A stretch of DNA of 62,881 nt, counting the filler, from Octopus bimaculoides (lineage: Eukaryota), in the NCBI RefSeq assembly GCF_001194135.2. It is 5 parts of 5 records of this genome, joined end to end, with 100 filler letters (N's around TTAATTAATTAA, not from the genome) between each part and the next. Parts side by side here need not be neighbours in the genome. Positions count along the whole stretch, not along the records: positions 1 to 27,479 come from NC_069003.1; positions 27,580 to 42,543 come from NC_068988.1; 3 more parts are not named here. The stretch is one strand, 5' to 3'. The notes under the pieces were generated by a model. That model was not told where the DNA came from. It saw nothing but the letters and a program-made list of their open reading frames with translations, and made no database searches. A program made the translations under genes and the position numbers. Each line of letters starts with the position of its first letter. Position 1 is the first letter of the stretch. Positions 25,761 to 39,384 of this stretch are shown here, in pieces.

Positions 25761-27269
25761 ATATGTATATAGGCACAGGCATGGCTGTGTGTGGTAAGAA
25801 GTTTGCTTGCTTCCCAACCACATAGTTCCCGGTTCAATCCCACTTCATCTCACCTTGTTCTCTAATTACTTTGACACCTGATGTGTGGTACACCCATGCA
25901 CCTGTTCAGGTAACGTCAATTTTACGGAGAGGATGCGCTAATGTCCAGCACATAAACTTGGTCACTATAAACGAAATCATTTGTACAGACTGTGCAGCCA
26001 GGAACTGCAGAACCATCCTTCTTAGACTGCAAAAGACTAAAAAACTAACATCGCCATCAGTCTTGTTGATACCACAATTTTGTGGTGTTTGGCTAGATCC
26101 CCCCCTCCACCATCACCACCACCACTTGAGAACCAGCGTTGGTGTGTTTATGTCCCTATAACTTAGCATCAGAGACCGATAAAATAAGTACTAAGCTTTA
26201 AAAAACAAGAACAAAAAAAAAAACCCAGAAACCGAAACAAAAATAAATAATAATAATAATNNNNNNNNNNNNNNNNNNNNNNNNNNNNNNNNNNNNNNNN
26301 NNNNNNNNNNNNNNNNNNNNNNNNNNNNNNNNNNNNNNNNNNNNNNNNNNNNNNNNNNNNNNNNNNNNNNNNNNNNNNNNNNNNNNNNNNNNNNNNNNNN
26401 NNNNNNNNNNNNNNNNNNNNNNNNNNNNNNNNNNNNNNNNNNNNNNNNNNNNNNNNNNNNNNNNNNNNNNNNNNNNNNNNNNNNNNNNNNNNNNNNNNNN
26501 NNNNNNNNNNNNNNNNNNNNNNNNNNNNNNNNNNNNNNNNNNNNNNNNNNNNNNNNNNNNNNNNNNNNNNNNNNNNNNNNNNNNNNNNNNNNNNNNNNNN
26601 NNNNNNNNNNNNNNNNNNNNNNNNNNNNNNNNNNNNNNNNNNNNNNNNNNNNNNNNNNNNNNNNNNNNNNNNNNNNNNNNNNNNNNNNNNNNNNNNNNNN
26701 NNNNNNNNNNNNNNNNNNNNNNNNNNNNNNNNNNNNNNNATAATGATATTGATGATGATGATAACTAATATTGTTGGCGCTTTCCATTGTTTGTTTTTTT
26801 CTTTCGTTTTTTTTCTTTCTTTCTTTCTCTCTCTCCTTCGGTTTGTTGATTTATTCAAATAGCGAACAATTATTGAACAAAGAAATCGTAATAGTAATAA
26901 TACTAATAATAATAGTAATAGTAATAAAAAAAAAAAAGAAACGAAAAAATACGACAAAGGAAATAAATTTAACTGGAAAAAATAGGAAACAAAAAAAAAA
27001 ACCCAGAAACCGAAACAAAAATAAATAATAATAATAATAATAATAATAATGATGATGATGATGATAATGTTGATGATGATGGTAATGATAGTGATAATAA
27101 TAATAATAATGATGTTGAAAGATGGAAGAAAAATCAATTAAAATTGAATTATCACATTTCTTCTAATATGACATGTCTATGGTAGAAATACATCAAAAAC
27201 TGAAAAGCACTGTTTACCATCAAAGAACTAATTCAATACTGCATCTCATGTCTTCTTTTATTTGTCTCT

Positions 27270-27479
27270 ACTCTTCTTCTTCTTCAAGCCTCCTCTCCCT
27301 CCTCTTCTTCTTCACAACCTTCTTTTTCTTCGTCTTCTTCAAGCCTCCGCCTCTTCCTCCTTCTTCACAACCTTCTTTTTCTTTGTCTTCTTCAAGCCTC
27401 CTCCTCTTCCTCCTTCTTCACAGCTTTCTTTTTCTTCGTCTTCTTCAAGCCTCCTCCTCTTCCTCCTCCTCCTCTTCCT
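27270..27479. repeat. 53-bp CT-rich minisatellite
   Basis: gtcttcttcaagcc at 27332, 27385 and 27438. Confidence 0.9.
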
Positions 27480-27579
27480 NNNNNNNNNNNNNNNNNNNNN
27501 NNNNNNNNNNNNNNNNNNNNNNNTTAATTAATTAANNNNNNNNNNNNNNNNNNNNNNNNNNNNNNNNNNNNNNNNNNNN
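27480..27579. other. Artificial scaffolding linker 44N-TTAATTAATTAA-44N
   Basis: Exactly 100 bp with stops in all six frames; identical structure at three other sites. Confidence 0.97.
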
Positions 27580-27628
27580 TATATGTATAATATATATATA
27601 TTCATATGCGTGTGACTATGTCTACCTA

Positions 27629-27681
<53 letters not shown>

Positions 27682-28062
27682 GTATCTAACTATATACAGG
27701 CACACACAAGGGCATGTACGTATGCAGTTTCTGAGTAGTATATTAGAAGCCAATTAAAGCTAGTTGTAGAATCTTCTATTTATAGATTAAGTTAATAACA
27801 ACATCAGGCCACATTCAATGAAAGACTTTCCTCTCCATTGTTGACAAGAGCATACGCAGCCACATGCAGTCACATGCAGCCATATGTAGCCACATGCGAT
27901 CACATGTAGACATATTCCGATATATCGTTCCCTATACAGGGTAAGTGTATGTTTTTCTTTTCTTTTAGAGGAATGTTTGTGCGTATTGCGAGACTTACGA
28001 CTTTGAAATGCCTTCCCAGTTTTACTTTCATGAACGGAAACACATATGCACTCATTAAATAC

Positions 28063-28098
<36 letters not shown>

Positions 28099-28344
28099 CA
28101 TACACACACACACACATACACACACACACACAAACAAACACACACACACACACACACACACTCACACACACAAATACACACACACATGTATATACATATA
28201 GGAGTGAATATGATTAATATATAGGGAGAAATAGACCAGGAGTGGACCGTAAGAGTACCCGGTTATAATCCGGCTTCACGCTAACAACCACGAGTTATAA
28301 GCAGGATTATTTATAGTGTACATTCCCAATTTATAGTGTGCGCC

Positions 28345-30196
28345 TAATTCTTTTCTACGCTAGGCACAAGGCTTGAATTTTTTGCAGAGGGAGCCAGTCG
28401 ATTAGCTCGACCGCAGTACACAACTGGTACTTAAATTATTGACCTCGAAAAGATGAGAAGCAATGTCGACCTCGGTGGAATTTGAACTCGGAACATAAAG
28501 ACATACGAAATCCTCTAAGTATTTTGCCCGGCATGCTCACGTTTCTGCCTTATAAATGTATATAAATATTTTTTAAAATGAGATGTTTTTCTTTTTTTGG
28601 TGAGGGTAGAGTGTAATTTTAATTTTAATCTTAATAATATTTACACTGCACGCATCTACGTGTGGCAATGTTCTCATTCAATACAATTCTTTTTCATTAC
28701 ATTAATTCATTATTGTTGTATTTCTGATTATATAGACTTTATTCTATAGCAGGTTACCTAACTACCGCGTTGGGGTTCGTCTTGTACTGAGGCGCACTAA
28801 AAGAATACATTTACATTTTAAATGTAATTTTTTATTCTATGAAATTTATCAGATAAGTATTTCTTCAGGGTCGATAAAATAAGTACCAGTTGAGCATTGG
28901 GGTTGATGTAATCGACTAGCGCCCTCAACCGAAATTGCTGGCTTTGTGCAAAAATTTGTAACCAATAATCAAACTATACATTATCTACACTTTGGGCTTT
29001 GTTTTGATCCCCAGTCTGTGGAAACATTGTCTTCAATGAAAGATTTCTGTGGAGCCCCTCATCGTCTCAGCGCTCGATGACATAAATACCAGTTAAATTC
29101 TGGGGTTGATGTAATCGATCAGCTCCATACCTCCAACTTGCTGGCCTTCTGCCAAAATTTGAAACCGATATTATCTACATCACTAACACGGCTTAGCGGC
29201 ATTTCCTTTGACTTTACGTTCTGAGTGCATATGCCGCCGGGGTCGAATTTGCTTTTCATTCTTTCAAGGTCGATAAAATAAGTATCAGTTGAGCATTGAA
29301 GTTGATGTAATCGACTAGCGGCCTCAGCCAAAATTTCTGGCATTGTTCAAAAATTTGTAACCAATATTAAATATATTATATGTAGATTATGATCCATGTT
29401 GGAAATGTTCCGCATTACATATATTGATTGATTTGTAAAGGAAAACAATATTTAGAAAGGAGTGAATTTGAGCCTCAAGCTTATTGCTATAGTGTCTGCT
29501 GCTTGCCTGTCTTTCTGTCTGCTTGCATGTCTGTCATTCTGTCTGCCTGTATATAAATATATATGAATAATTGCTTCGCAGAATTTAGCTAATTTCTATT
29601 GAATAAACCATAATATCATTGAAATGAGAGAAGCTGTAAAGTCAAATTATTTGTATGTTCGGGACTAACCTAACAACTACTAGAGATCATATTAACTGGA
29701 ACCCATAATGGCATGCAAGGATTTTTTGAAAATAAATTTGAAAGAATAGCCCATGCTATAGTTGCGTGTAGCAGAGGCCCAGAATCGAATTATTTTTAAG
29801 GAATTAAAAATAGTAACGTGGGTCACGGTGATAATAATGTAGACATAGTTTTTATTTTTTTTCCCCGAGTTAAAAAGTATGGAGCCCTCAGAAATAATTA
29901 TATAACGTTTCGCTTCTGTGTGAATCGTTGCGGGTCTGCTTTTATTCAAGAATACAAGCCCACACTAACACAAACTCAGGCACAATGGTAATACTAACAG
30001 ATAGTTCTTCCTATCAAAGGTGTAAGGCCTGAAAATTATGGGGATGGGATCAGTCGATCATATCGTCCGTAGAGTTTCACTAGGATGAAAGGCAAGTCGA
30101 CCTCGGTGGAATTTGAACTCAGAACGTAGTGACGGGGGAAATGCCGCCAAGCATTTCGTCCAGCGTGCTAACGACTCTGCCAGCTCACCACCTTAA
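28345..30196. mobile_element. Cluster of family B SINE copies (28345-28550 -, three + copies or tails at 28862-29370, 30010-30196 -)
   Basis: Repeated gtcgataaaataagtaccagttgagca...gatgtaatcgact domain. Confidence 0.8.
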
Positions 30197-31017
30197 TACT
30201 GACAAATAATATTAACGTCGTGTATACGTATAAATGAGACAAGAACTACAACATCACAAAATCATGCACATAGATATTAGATATTGGAATGTATAAACAG
30301 ACAGAAGAAATAAAAATTAAAGGTATTTGTTTGTTTTTCTCTTTGTAATTATAAAAGAAGAACGTATTTTACATGTGCGAAGATGTTTTGATAATTTTGC
30401 CAGCAGTTGCGAGCATAACCACACTTGATTTCTTGCTTTTCCTTTTAATTTTCTAATTTACAACTAATTTACTTCCGAAGCGGATGAGAGGAACTGGAAT
30501 GGTTCTTAGACAGCTTCCGTTATGAAACAACATGTCATATTACAAAACCCTGTGACAGTAATACGACTCTGTTTGATTTCATGCTATATGTAAGCAACGG
30601 TACACGGATGCACAGATTAGCACACATCCCCCTACACACATGTACATATAAACATGCATAATGTATATATATAAATATACACATATATAGAAACATATAT
30701 ATATATATATATANNNNNNNNNNNNNNNNNNNNNNNNNNNNNNNNNNNNNNNNNNNNNNNNNNNNNNNNNNNNNNNNNNNNNNNNNNNNNNNNNNNNNNN
30801 NNNNNNNNNNNNNNNNNNNNNNNNNNNNNNNNNNNNNNNNNNNNNNNNNNNNNNNNNNNNNNNNNNNNNNNNNNNNNNNNNNNNNNNNNNNNNNNNNNNN
30901 NNNNNNNNNNNNNNNNNNNNNNNNNNNNNNNNNNNNNNNNNNNNNNNNNNNNNNNNNNNNNNNNNNNNNNNNNNNNNNNNNNNNNNNNNNNNNNNNNNNN
31001 NNNNNNNNNNNNATATA

Positions 31018-33076
31018 CAGGCATGCTTCAGTTTCAGCTGTTCCGATTTAAGTCGTTCTTAATTATACGTCGGTTTTCAAAAATGATATATGGAAAAATA
31101 AAAATCAAGTTAAATTATTTTACTCGACTTTACGTCTGTCCGCCATAAATGTTGAAATCATAAAATCACTAGAAAACATTTAAAAGTACATAAAATCATT
31201 TTGTTGTACAATGAATAAGAATAAAAGCATATAAAGACACGTGCAGTAAATGTTAAAACATGTACAGTAAATGTTAAGACACACACCATAAAGTAGTGTA
31301 TCTTAGTAAACAAAATCATGAAATCAGTTGTCTTGTATCAGCTTTTCCGAGCATATATTGCACTGTAGTTCCAATATCTACCGAGGCGTCGCTGTCACTC
31401 TTGATTCACACGATTGTTTTCAATTCAGATTAGTTTACACCTTTTTATCGGTTACTTTCTCATTCTCATTCATGTGACTTTATTTGTTTGCCCCTATGGC
31501 TTCTTAGAAAATTCATAGAGAAAGTGGTAAGTGCCATGCTATAAACCTTGAGGATAAACTTGCTATGACAAAACGCCATGTAAAATGTGAAAAAGTGGTA
31601 GCAATTGTATGATATTTTGGGATAAGTCGAACAACTGTATCGACGATTGTACATAATAAGGAGTAGATTTTAGTACATATCAAATCTGAAGCCCCATGGA
31701 TGAAGAAAACTCTCATCAATAAGAAAAGGGGCAAAATCTTTGAAGAAACGAAAAGTCTTCTTTCTCTTTGGATTGTTAGGTTGAATCATCTGCGTGCTAC
31801 TATTAGTCAAGAAATCATTCAAGAGAAAGTGTCGTCTTTATTTGAGGACTTGAAGGAAAAATACCCAGATGAGAAAGACGTAGAGTTCAAGGCAAGTCAA
31901 GGATGGCTCATGAGATTTTAGGAGCGAAGCAGTTATCACTCCATTAAGAGACATCGTGAAAGTGTATCAGCTGACGAACAAACAGCAGCAGAATTTCCTA
32001 ATGCAATATAGAAAATCATCGATGAAAACGGGTTTCTTCCTGAACAGATTTTTAACGTAGACGAAACTAGATTGTATTGGAAAAAATTATCAGACTGTCC
32101 ATTCATTTCAAAGGAGGACAAAACTATTCCAAGCTACAAGGTCTCATAAATACGTGTAACCATTATGTTGGAAGGTAGTTGTACAGGAGACTTAAATTTA
32201 AAGTCATTGCTTGTGTATCATGCACACAACCCCCGTGCCCTGAAGAACATACCCAAGGCATCTCTCCATGTTATATGGATGGCTAATTCAAAAGCATGGG
32301 TTACTGGTGTTGTTTTTGGAGATTTGTTCTTCAATCAATTTATGCCAGCACCAGAGAAGTACTGTAAGAAAGGGATTCGTTTTAAGGTTTTACTTATATT
32401 AAATAATGCTCCTGGTCGCCCGCAAAATATCATAGATTTTGACCCCAACGTTACTGCCGTTATTTTCTGATCCAGCCAATGGATCAGAGAATAATTGCTA
32501 TCTAGAAGCGTTACTATATGAAGCGAACGCTGCGGCAAGCAATAGCTGCAACTCATCTTGATTAGTCCATCACACTTGGAAGAGATACGATATCTGCAAG
32601 ATATACGATATCTGCAAGATATACGATATCTACAAGGCTGTACAGATCATAGCAGCGGCATGGAATGATGTACAAGGTACGGCTTTGAATAGTGTATGGA
32701 AGAAGATATGCCTGGAATTCCTGAATGATTTTAAGGGGTTTGATAATGTTGTTATCGACAAAACGTTTGTGACTACGAGCAAAGAACTGGAAATAGATAT
32801 AGAGAAGGAGGATTTCACAGATTTATTTGAAAAAAAGCAGCAGGCCCTGACGAATGAGAATTTAATAGATCTTCACGAGCAGCAAAATATAGAAGAGGAA
32901 GTCGAACCTCATCCACGTCAGTTAACCATTAAGAAAATATAGCAAGTATTTTGCATATATCAAAAAAGGTCTTTCTATGTTCGTGGTTATGGATCCATAT
33001 GCTCAACGCTTTTTCAAGATTATGGGGAAGCTTTTGCTCCTTATAATGTAATCCTTAGGGAAAAGAAGAAGACAGT
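31018..33076 (+). mobile_element. Tigger/pogo-family DNA transposon, decayed, right end missing
   Basis: Starts TA|CAGGCATGCTTCAGTT (Tigger-like terminus) and carries a Tigger1-like transposase. No matching right TIR was found. Confidence 0.85.
31496..33076 (+). pseudogene. Tigger1/TIGD1-like transposase pseudogene (CENP-B HTH + DDE_1)
   Basis: MAS*KIH..., FKASQGWLMRF, EQIFNVDETRLYWKK, HNPRALKN, NSKAWVT, KVLLILNNAPG, AAAWNDV, MDPYAQRF, EKKKTV. Multiple stops and frameshifts. Confidence 0.93.
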
Positions 33077-33364
33077 TCTTAAGTTTAGAAGTGTAAAAGG
33101 AAATTAAACTGTCAATGTGTATGTCTATACATGCATGTATACATATATAAATATGTATACATGTGTAAGTTTTCCAGTTTCTGCACCTTTTCTCCTTTTG
33201 TTTTTATCATTGTACTTGTTTTCTAAATTTGTACAAATTTTCAAGTCCTTGAGCGATGACTGTTACTCTGATTCATTTGAAACTTCGTGTTTTTGAAAAA
33301 TTTGCTCATCTAATTATATAAAGTAAATATATTATTCGGTACGTCACTGGATGTATCACCCCCA

Positions 33365-33403
<39 letters not shown>

Positions 33404-35932
33404 TCATCATGTTGAACTGTTAAATTCCATAAAGAACATTCTTTTTCTTCGCTTTTTTGTCATTCTCACTCCGTTTTTTTTTCTCTTAATACTTTCTCTC
33501 GAAGAGTGTAGATTCAAAACATAAAAGACATTTCCATTCTTCCCTAGCGTTAAAGTAATACACCTGCTTGTTGTTCCTACTCCTGTCTTCGTTTTTTTTT
33601 CGGTAATTTTGAATGATATATATATTCTCATGATAATATATATATTCTCATAATAGCCCAGTACTTTACTTCGTTATCACATGTGTCATCAGGCAATTAA
33701 AAGAATTTCCTGTGTTTTAACTTATCTATTGTTATATTTTATTAAATTTTCCTTATGAACTCTACAGATGTGTTTGAACGTTGTAGACAGTAATTATTAT
33801 CATTTGCCGTCATGGCTTTGTCTTGGTTTATTTGTTTAAATACATTTATGTATACTCTATAATTTTACTTTAAATAATAATGTTGATTTATGTGAAAAAA
33901 ACTACCGAAACAAAATATATATATATCTTTGTAAGTATGTATGTTTGTATGCATGCGTGTGTGTACATGCGTTTGTGAATATATATTAACAATTTGTCAA
34001 AGTAATCTGGTGGAATTGTACTTAAGGTAATATCATGCTAGAACTATATTATTCCAATGAGGTTTATCTATGTTTTTATTTGTCGAATTATATCTGGTTT
34101 GTTTTGGGAAAATGCCTCCACACAATCATGCATCAGAAAATATCACGGTTTGTTAGGTCGTTGATGTGTTTTTTTTTCTGTTTTCTACGTAGATTTCTTC
34201 AAATATGCATAAAATTCAAGATCGTCTTGAGGGTTTCCTGAGTGTAAACTGTGTAATTTGATAGAGAAAGTTATTATGTTCTTGAATAACAGTTGTGAAT
34301 AGCGGGGCTACTTCTCAACATTTTGAATGCGTAAATAGCCTGGTGGGAACTAAATTTAAATGAATTTGCATTTAATCTGATGTTTTCTTTACTCTTGCGA
34401 GTAATGTTAGATATAATGTACGACTGAGAATTTCTCGAAACTATTTCCGATCCCGTAAGTTTCCTAAATGACAACTGCAGTTTGGAAATCTTTTTTTTTT
34501 TTTTTTTGGTGTTTCGTAATTCTTGCTTTAAAATGTATGATGATTGATATGCATTAAAGAAGGTATTCAGTTGAATTGATTGAAGACGTCTTGGAATATT
34601 TTCGAGACGGAAATGCAATCTTAGAATTATCCACGGACTGTCAGTACCAAATTTCCGATTTCGTAGTGAGGTTCCATGAATAATTTAAAATATCAATACT
34701 TCAACGGGGAAAAAATCTTTTAATTGGCACGGTAGAGTTGTTATTTTGACAGTATCTGTATACTCTCCCCACTCGTTTTGCTTAACGTGTCAACTTCTTT
34801 ACTTCCATATGGTATTTCTTTGCAATGCAAATTTGGCATTATCTACTTCACTTTCTGTGAAATGTCTAGGTGCTAGATAATTGAACAATTCATAGCTAGG
34901 CATCCAATAGGTCATCACATCGTTGCATCAAGTTTCATATACATAAACATTTGGATAATGTTAGAACATACTAGCGTAATATTTTAATATTTCCATAGTA
35001 CTCACTTGATAAATACTTTCGTTCCATATATAATTTCTTTCGATAAAGATTATCCATTAAGGGGTATGTCTATTGTCTCCTGAGTTACATTAAGCTTCTA
35101 AAAATTTGGACTGGTCCTTGTTACTGGATACTCTGAGTATACCAATGTGATTTGTGAGTCTATAACTGATCCATATACTATTTTTATTGAATGATTTATA
35201 GTACTTATAACTAGCCAAAAATCACTAGAGTCGTATATGAGCACAAAAGATGTATGGCGATGTGGTAACTACACTAATGTTCTATCCATGATGAGCCTGG
35301 TATTTGTCAATTTACATTTAATCTAAATACGATTACGTATCACTCGAGTCAAGGTTTCATTTAATCAAACTTTTTATGTTTTGTATAAAATAGTGGGTTA
35401 AGAAGTGACTAATAATAATAGTTTAAATTACGTTAAGTATTGACGTAGCTTTGACGTGAATCGAGTGAAATAATATAAATTTTCTGCAATACATTCTTAA
35501 ACGATGGCATCTTATCCACTAATGCCAGAGTAATGTTAGTAGATATTTATTTATACCTTGTATTTGAACTACTATTTGAATGTCTATGTTATACATAAAC
35601 TACTAGTTTACGAAAAACCGAATCAGGAGACGAATGCTTTAGCATTCAGAGCTTTAAAAGACTAAACGTTTGGAAAAGTGGTCTACTTGCAAGTGAATGG
35701 ACACATGCATAGATTGGATGAGGTAAATAAACAGCTTAATATACGACGGAATTCACTCTATAGACTTCAATGTCTGTTTGAATTGGCAAGCAGGAGAATA
35801 TGTGATTGAGTATCTATGGAGCTATTTCAGTGAATGGGAAATAAATGAAATAAAAGATAAGCAACAAAAACGAACAAAATCATAATTCGTTATGCATTCA
35901 TATCATGTTTTTATAGTCCTTTAGTTGCCTAA

Positions 35933-35992
<60 letters not shown>

Positions 35993-35994
35993 TG

Positions 35995-36963
35995 GCTTCA
36001 AATTTTGGCACTACGCCAATAATTTCGGGGGAAAGAGTTAGTCAATTACATCAGTTCTAGTATTCAGCTCGTATTTATTTTATTGACTCCGAAAGGTGAT
36101 ATTTGAGCTCAGAACATAAGACGGACGAAATACCGCTAAGCTTTTTGCCCTGGGGGCTAACGATTCTGTCAGCTTGCTGCCTTAATTCTATGGAATATTA
36201 ACCTACATTGCTATACAGTATTCTCATTATTGTAACAGTGTTTATAGTGAATAATATTTTATTGATAATGATAAAGTGGTGATTGTCATATTGAAGCTGA
36301 TGATAAGATGATGATATCAATGATGGTTGTATTCATAATATCAGTAACAATATAAGAGGACTCTACTACAGGAAGCACAAGGCCTCAAATTTTGGCTGAA
36401 GGTATTAAGTCAAACTCGGTGGAATTTGAACTCAGAATGTAGCGACGGGCAAAATACCGCTAAGCATCTCGTCCAGCGTGCTAACGATTCTGCTAGCTCG
36501 CCACCTTAATAATAAAAATAATTTTTCCTGCTATAGGCACAGCGTGAAATGTGGGTGGGGTGGGGTAGTCGTTTACATCAATTCCAGTGTTTCACTGGTA
36601 CTTGATTTAGCAACCCCGAAAGGATAAAAGCAAAGTCGACCCAGCGGGATTTGAACATAGAACGTAACGGAATATGAAATGCTGGTAAGCATTTAGCCCC
36701 GCGCGCTAAATATGCTGCCAGTTCGACGCCTTAATAACAACAACAACAACAACAACAACAATAATAATAATAATTCCTACTATAGACACAAGGTCTGAAA
36801 TTTTTGGGAAGGGACTAGTCGATTACATCGACCCCAGTGTCACACAAAAAGATGAAAGGCAAACTTGACACCGGTAGAATTTGAACTCAGTACGTAAAGA
36901 CGGACAAAATGCCGTGAAGCATTGTACGCAGCATGCTAATGATTCTGCAAGTTCGCCGCCTCA
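35995..36963 (-). mobile_element. Four head-to-tail family B SINEs (35995-36185, 36365-36508, 36530-36732, 36778-36963)
   Basis: Each ends ...gccagctcgcc.cctta and is separated by AAT/AAC tracts. Confidence 0.88.
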
Positions 36964-37942
36964 ATAATGATATTATTATTATTATTATTATTAATAATAT
37001 TAATAATAATGATAATGATAATAATAATTATAATAATAATAATAATGTTTTACCTATGAATTTGCGTGTGTAAATTGGGAATGCATACAACGTTTCTCTG
37101 CCCTAGGTGTACGGAAAACACTCGGCGAGAAATGGGAAAAAATTTGAAGAAAGAAGAAAAAAAAACATAATAATAATAATAATAATAAGAAGAAGAAGAA
37201 TCTTCTCTAATATAGGCACANNNNNNNNNNNNNNNNNNNNNNNNNNNNNNNNNNNNNNNNNNNNNNNNNNNNNNNNNNNNNNNNNNNNNNNNNNNNNNNN
37301 NNNNNNNNNNNNNNNNNNNNNNNNNNNNNNNNNNNNNNNNNNNNNNNNNNNNNNNNNNNNNNNNNNNNNNNNNNNNNNNNNNNNNNNNNNNNNNNNNNNN
37401 NNNNNNNNNNNNNNNNNNNNNNNNNNNNNNNNNNNNNNNNNNNNNNNNNNNNNNNNNNNNNNNNNNNNNNNNNNNNNNNNNNNNNNNNNNNNNNNNNNNN
37501 NNNNNNNNNNNNNNNNNNNNNNNNNNNNNNNNNNNNNNNNNNNNNNNNNNNNNNNNNNNNNNNNNNNNNNNNNNNNNNNNNNNNNNNNNNNNNNNNNNNN
37601 NNNNNNNNNNNNNNNNNNNNNNNNNNNNNNNNNNNNNNNNNNNNNNNNNNNNNNNNNNNNNNNNNNNNNNNNNNNNNNNNNNNNNNNNNNNNNNNNNNNN
37701 NNNNNNNNNNNNNNNNNNNNNNNNNNNNNNNNNNNNNNNNNNNNNNNNNNNNNNNNNNNNNNNNNNNNNNNNNNNNNNNNNATATATATGTATGTATGTA
37801 TGTATGTATATGCATGTATGTATGCATTATGTATGTATGTATAAACATATATATACATGCACACACATGTACACACACACATCATGTTTCGAGAGTCTAT
37901 TTATAAGGCAAAAGAAATAATAACAGCAAATATCTAATTTGT

Positions 37943-38920
37943 TTAGTCATTTAGATAGTTACCATTCTTCTGTATGGCCTCTTTCCGTCTGTCAATGGGC
38001 TTTTAGAAGCCACGTTCATAAAAGTCCTTAAGTTTAGAAGTGTAAAAAGAAATTGAACTCATTTTCGATTCTGCACTTCAATTAAGTCTTAATCCACTCT
38101 AATGATTTTGTAATCTTCTAGATAGTAACCTGTAGGTGCTAGGTGAATATGGTGGGTGATGCGTAATTTCCTTGGCAAATTTTTCTAGGAGATTTTTAGT
38201 TTCTGTGGAGTGTAAGTTCTAGCGTTTTCACCATGTTTTTCTTTGTTGATGATGGACGTTTGTGCTGCAAAGTTTATTTCAACTGTGTTAGCTGTTGGCA
38301 GTATACATCGGCTGTTATTGTTTGATTATGATCTAGTATCCCCCAATGAGTTATTCCACCATACACTGAATAACCACAGGTCAATTCTGGACTGCTTTGC
38401 TTGCTCGTCAGCACGACCGAGACACTGACGTTTTCGCTTGGCATTATCGTCAGGTACTCATGTTTCATCTGCAGCAGTGACTACATTAAAAATAATGGAA
38501 GGGAGGGCGGATCGCAGTGATGCACAACAATCAACACTTTGTTTGCGATTGTCTGCACAGAGATCATGCGTGCTTCATTTTACAAACTTTGACACTTTAT
38601 TAAGCTTTTTCAATTCACGATGAATGTAGGCATGCCTCACGTTGAAGCCCGTCTTTAGTTTCTGAACTGTAACACTTGGGTTTGCTTCAACAGTATCTTT
38701 CAATTCATCATGATCCAAACATCTTAGGCGCTCTTGTCTTGATTCATTCGGCAGGTTGTAGACCCCGCTTCTGAATCGCGAAAGACCATCTCCTGAGTGT
38801 TCATTCCATCACTACGCCATCAATATGAGTGTTTTAGAGCATTTTGCTGCTACTGTTGTACTATTCTCTTTTTGAAATTCAAAGAGAATAACGTGGTGGA
38901 TGTGTTTGCTTGTAGTGAAC
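37943..38920 (-). pseudogene. Mariner (Tc1/mariner DDD) transposase pseudogene
   Basis: The minus strand gives HHVILFEF, RFRSGVYNL...DHDELKDTVEANP, NQTITADVYCQQL, HHPPYSP and KDFYERG...KNGNYLND*. Several frameshifts; TIRs not resolved. Confidence 0.9.
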
Positions 38921-39192
38921 GTTGGCCGAATACAACTTCGATTACGACAAGTTAGACCAAATCTGAAAGAAAATGATATATTAATGGTTTCGTCTATTTC
39001 AAATAGAATTAAGAAGTTAGACAGCTTTAAATTTTATTACATATTTACATCTAAAGAAAACGGACAGTNNNNNNNNNNNNNNNNNNNNNNNNNNNNNNNN
39101 NNNNNNNNNNNNNNNNNNNNNNNNNNNNNNNNNNNNNNNNNNNNNNNNNNNNNNNNNNNNNNNNNNNNNNNNNNNNNNNNNNNNNNNNNNNN

Positions 39193-39236
<44 letters not shown>

Positions 39237-39384
39237 TATATATGGATATATGTACATACAATCACACACACACACATTCACACACACAGAGACACACACA
39301 CGTATGTACACAAGTCATTATTTTGACTATGGCAAGATTAACGATTACTTCAAAGTTTTCGATTGATAGCCATCATATATATCT

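Noticed and set aside
26200-27045. Direct repeat aaacccagaaaccgaaacaaaaataaataataat around a gap (similar cases at 19540-19660 and 41100-41510)
   Set aside because: Probably assembly overlap at gap edges.
27524-27535. TTAATTAATTAA as a conserved homeodomain or PacI site
   Set aside because: It is a synthetic linker centred in exactly 44 N on each side.
28223-28260. Micro-exon GEIDQEWT before a gtaaga donor
   Set aside because: No pyrimidine tract, and its phase is incompatible with the upstream candidate exon.
34363-34370. Octamer ATTTGCAT as an snRNA or POU regulatory site
   Set aside because: A single 8-mer in AT-rich DNA with no accompanying snRNA gene or PSE.
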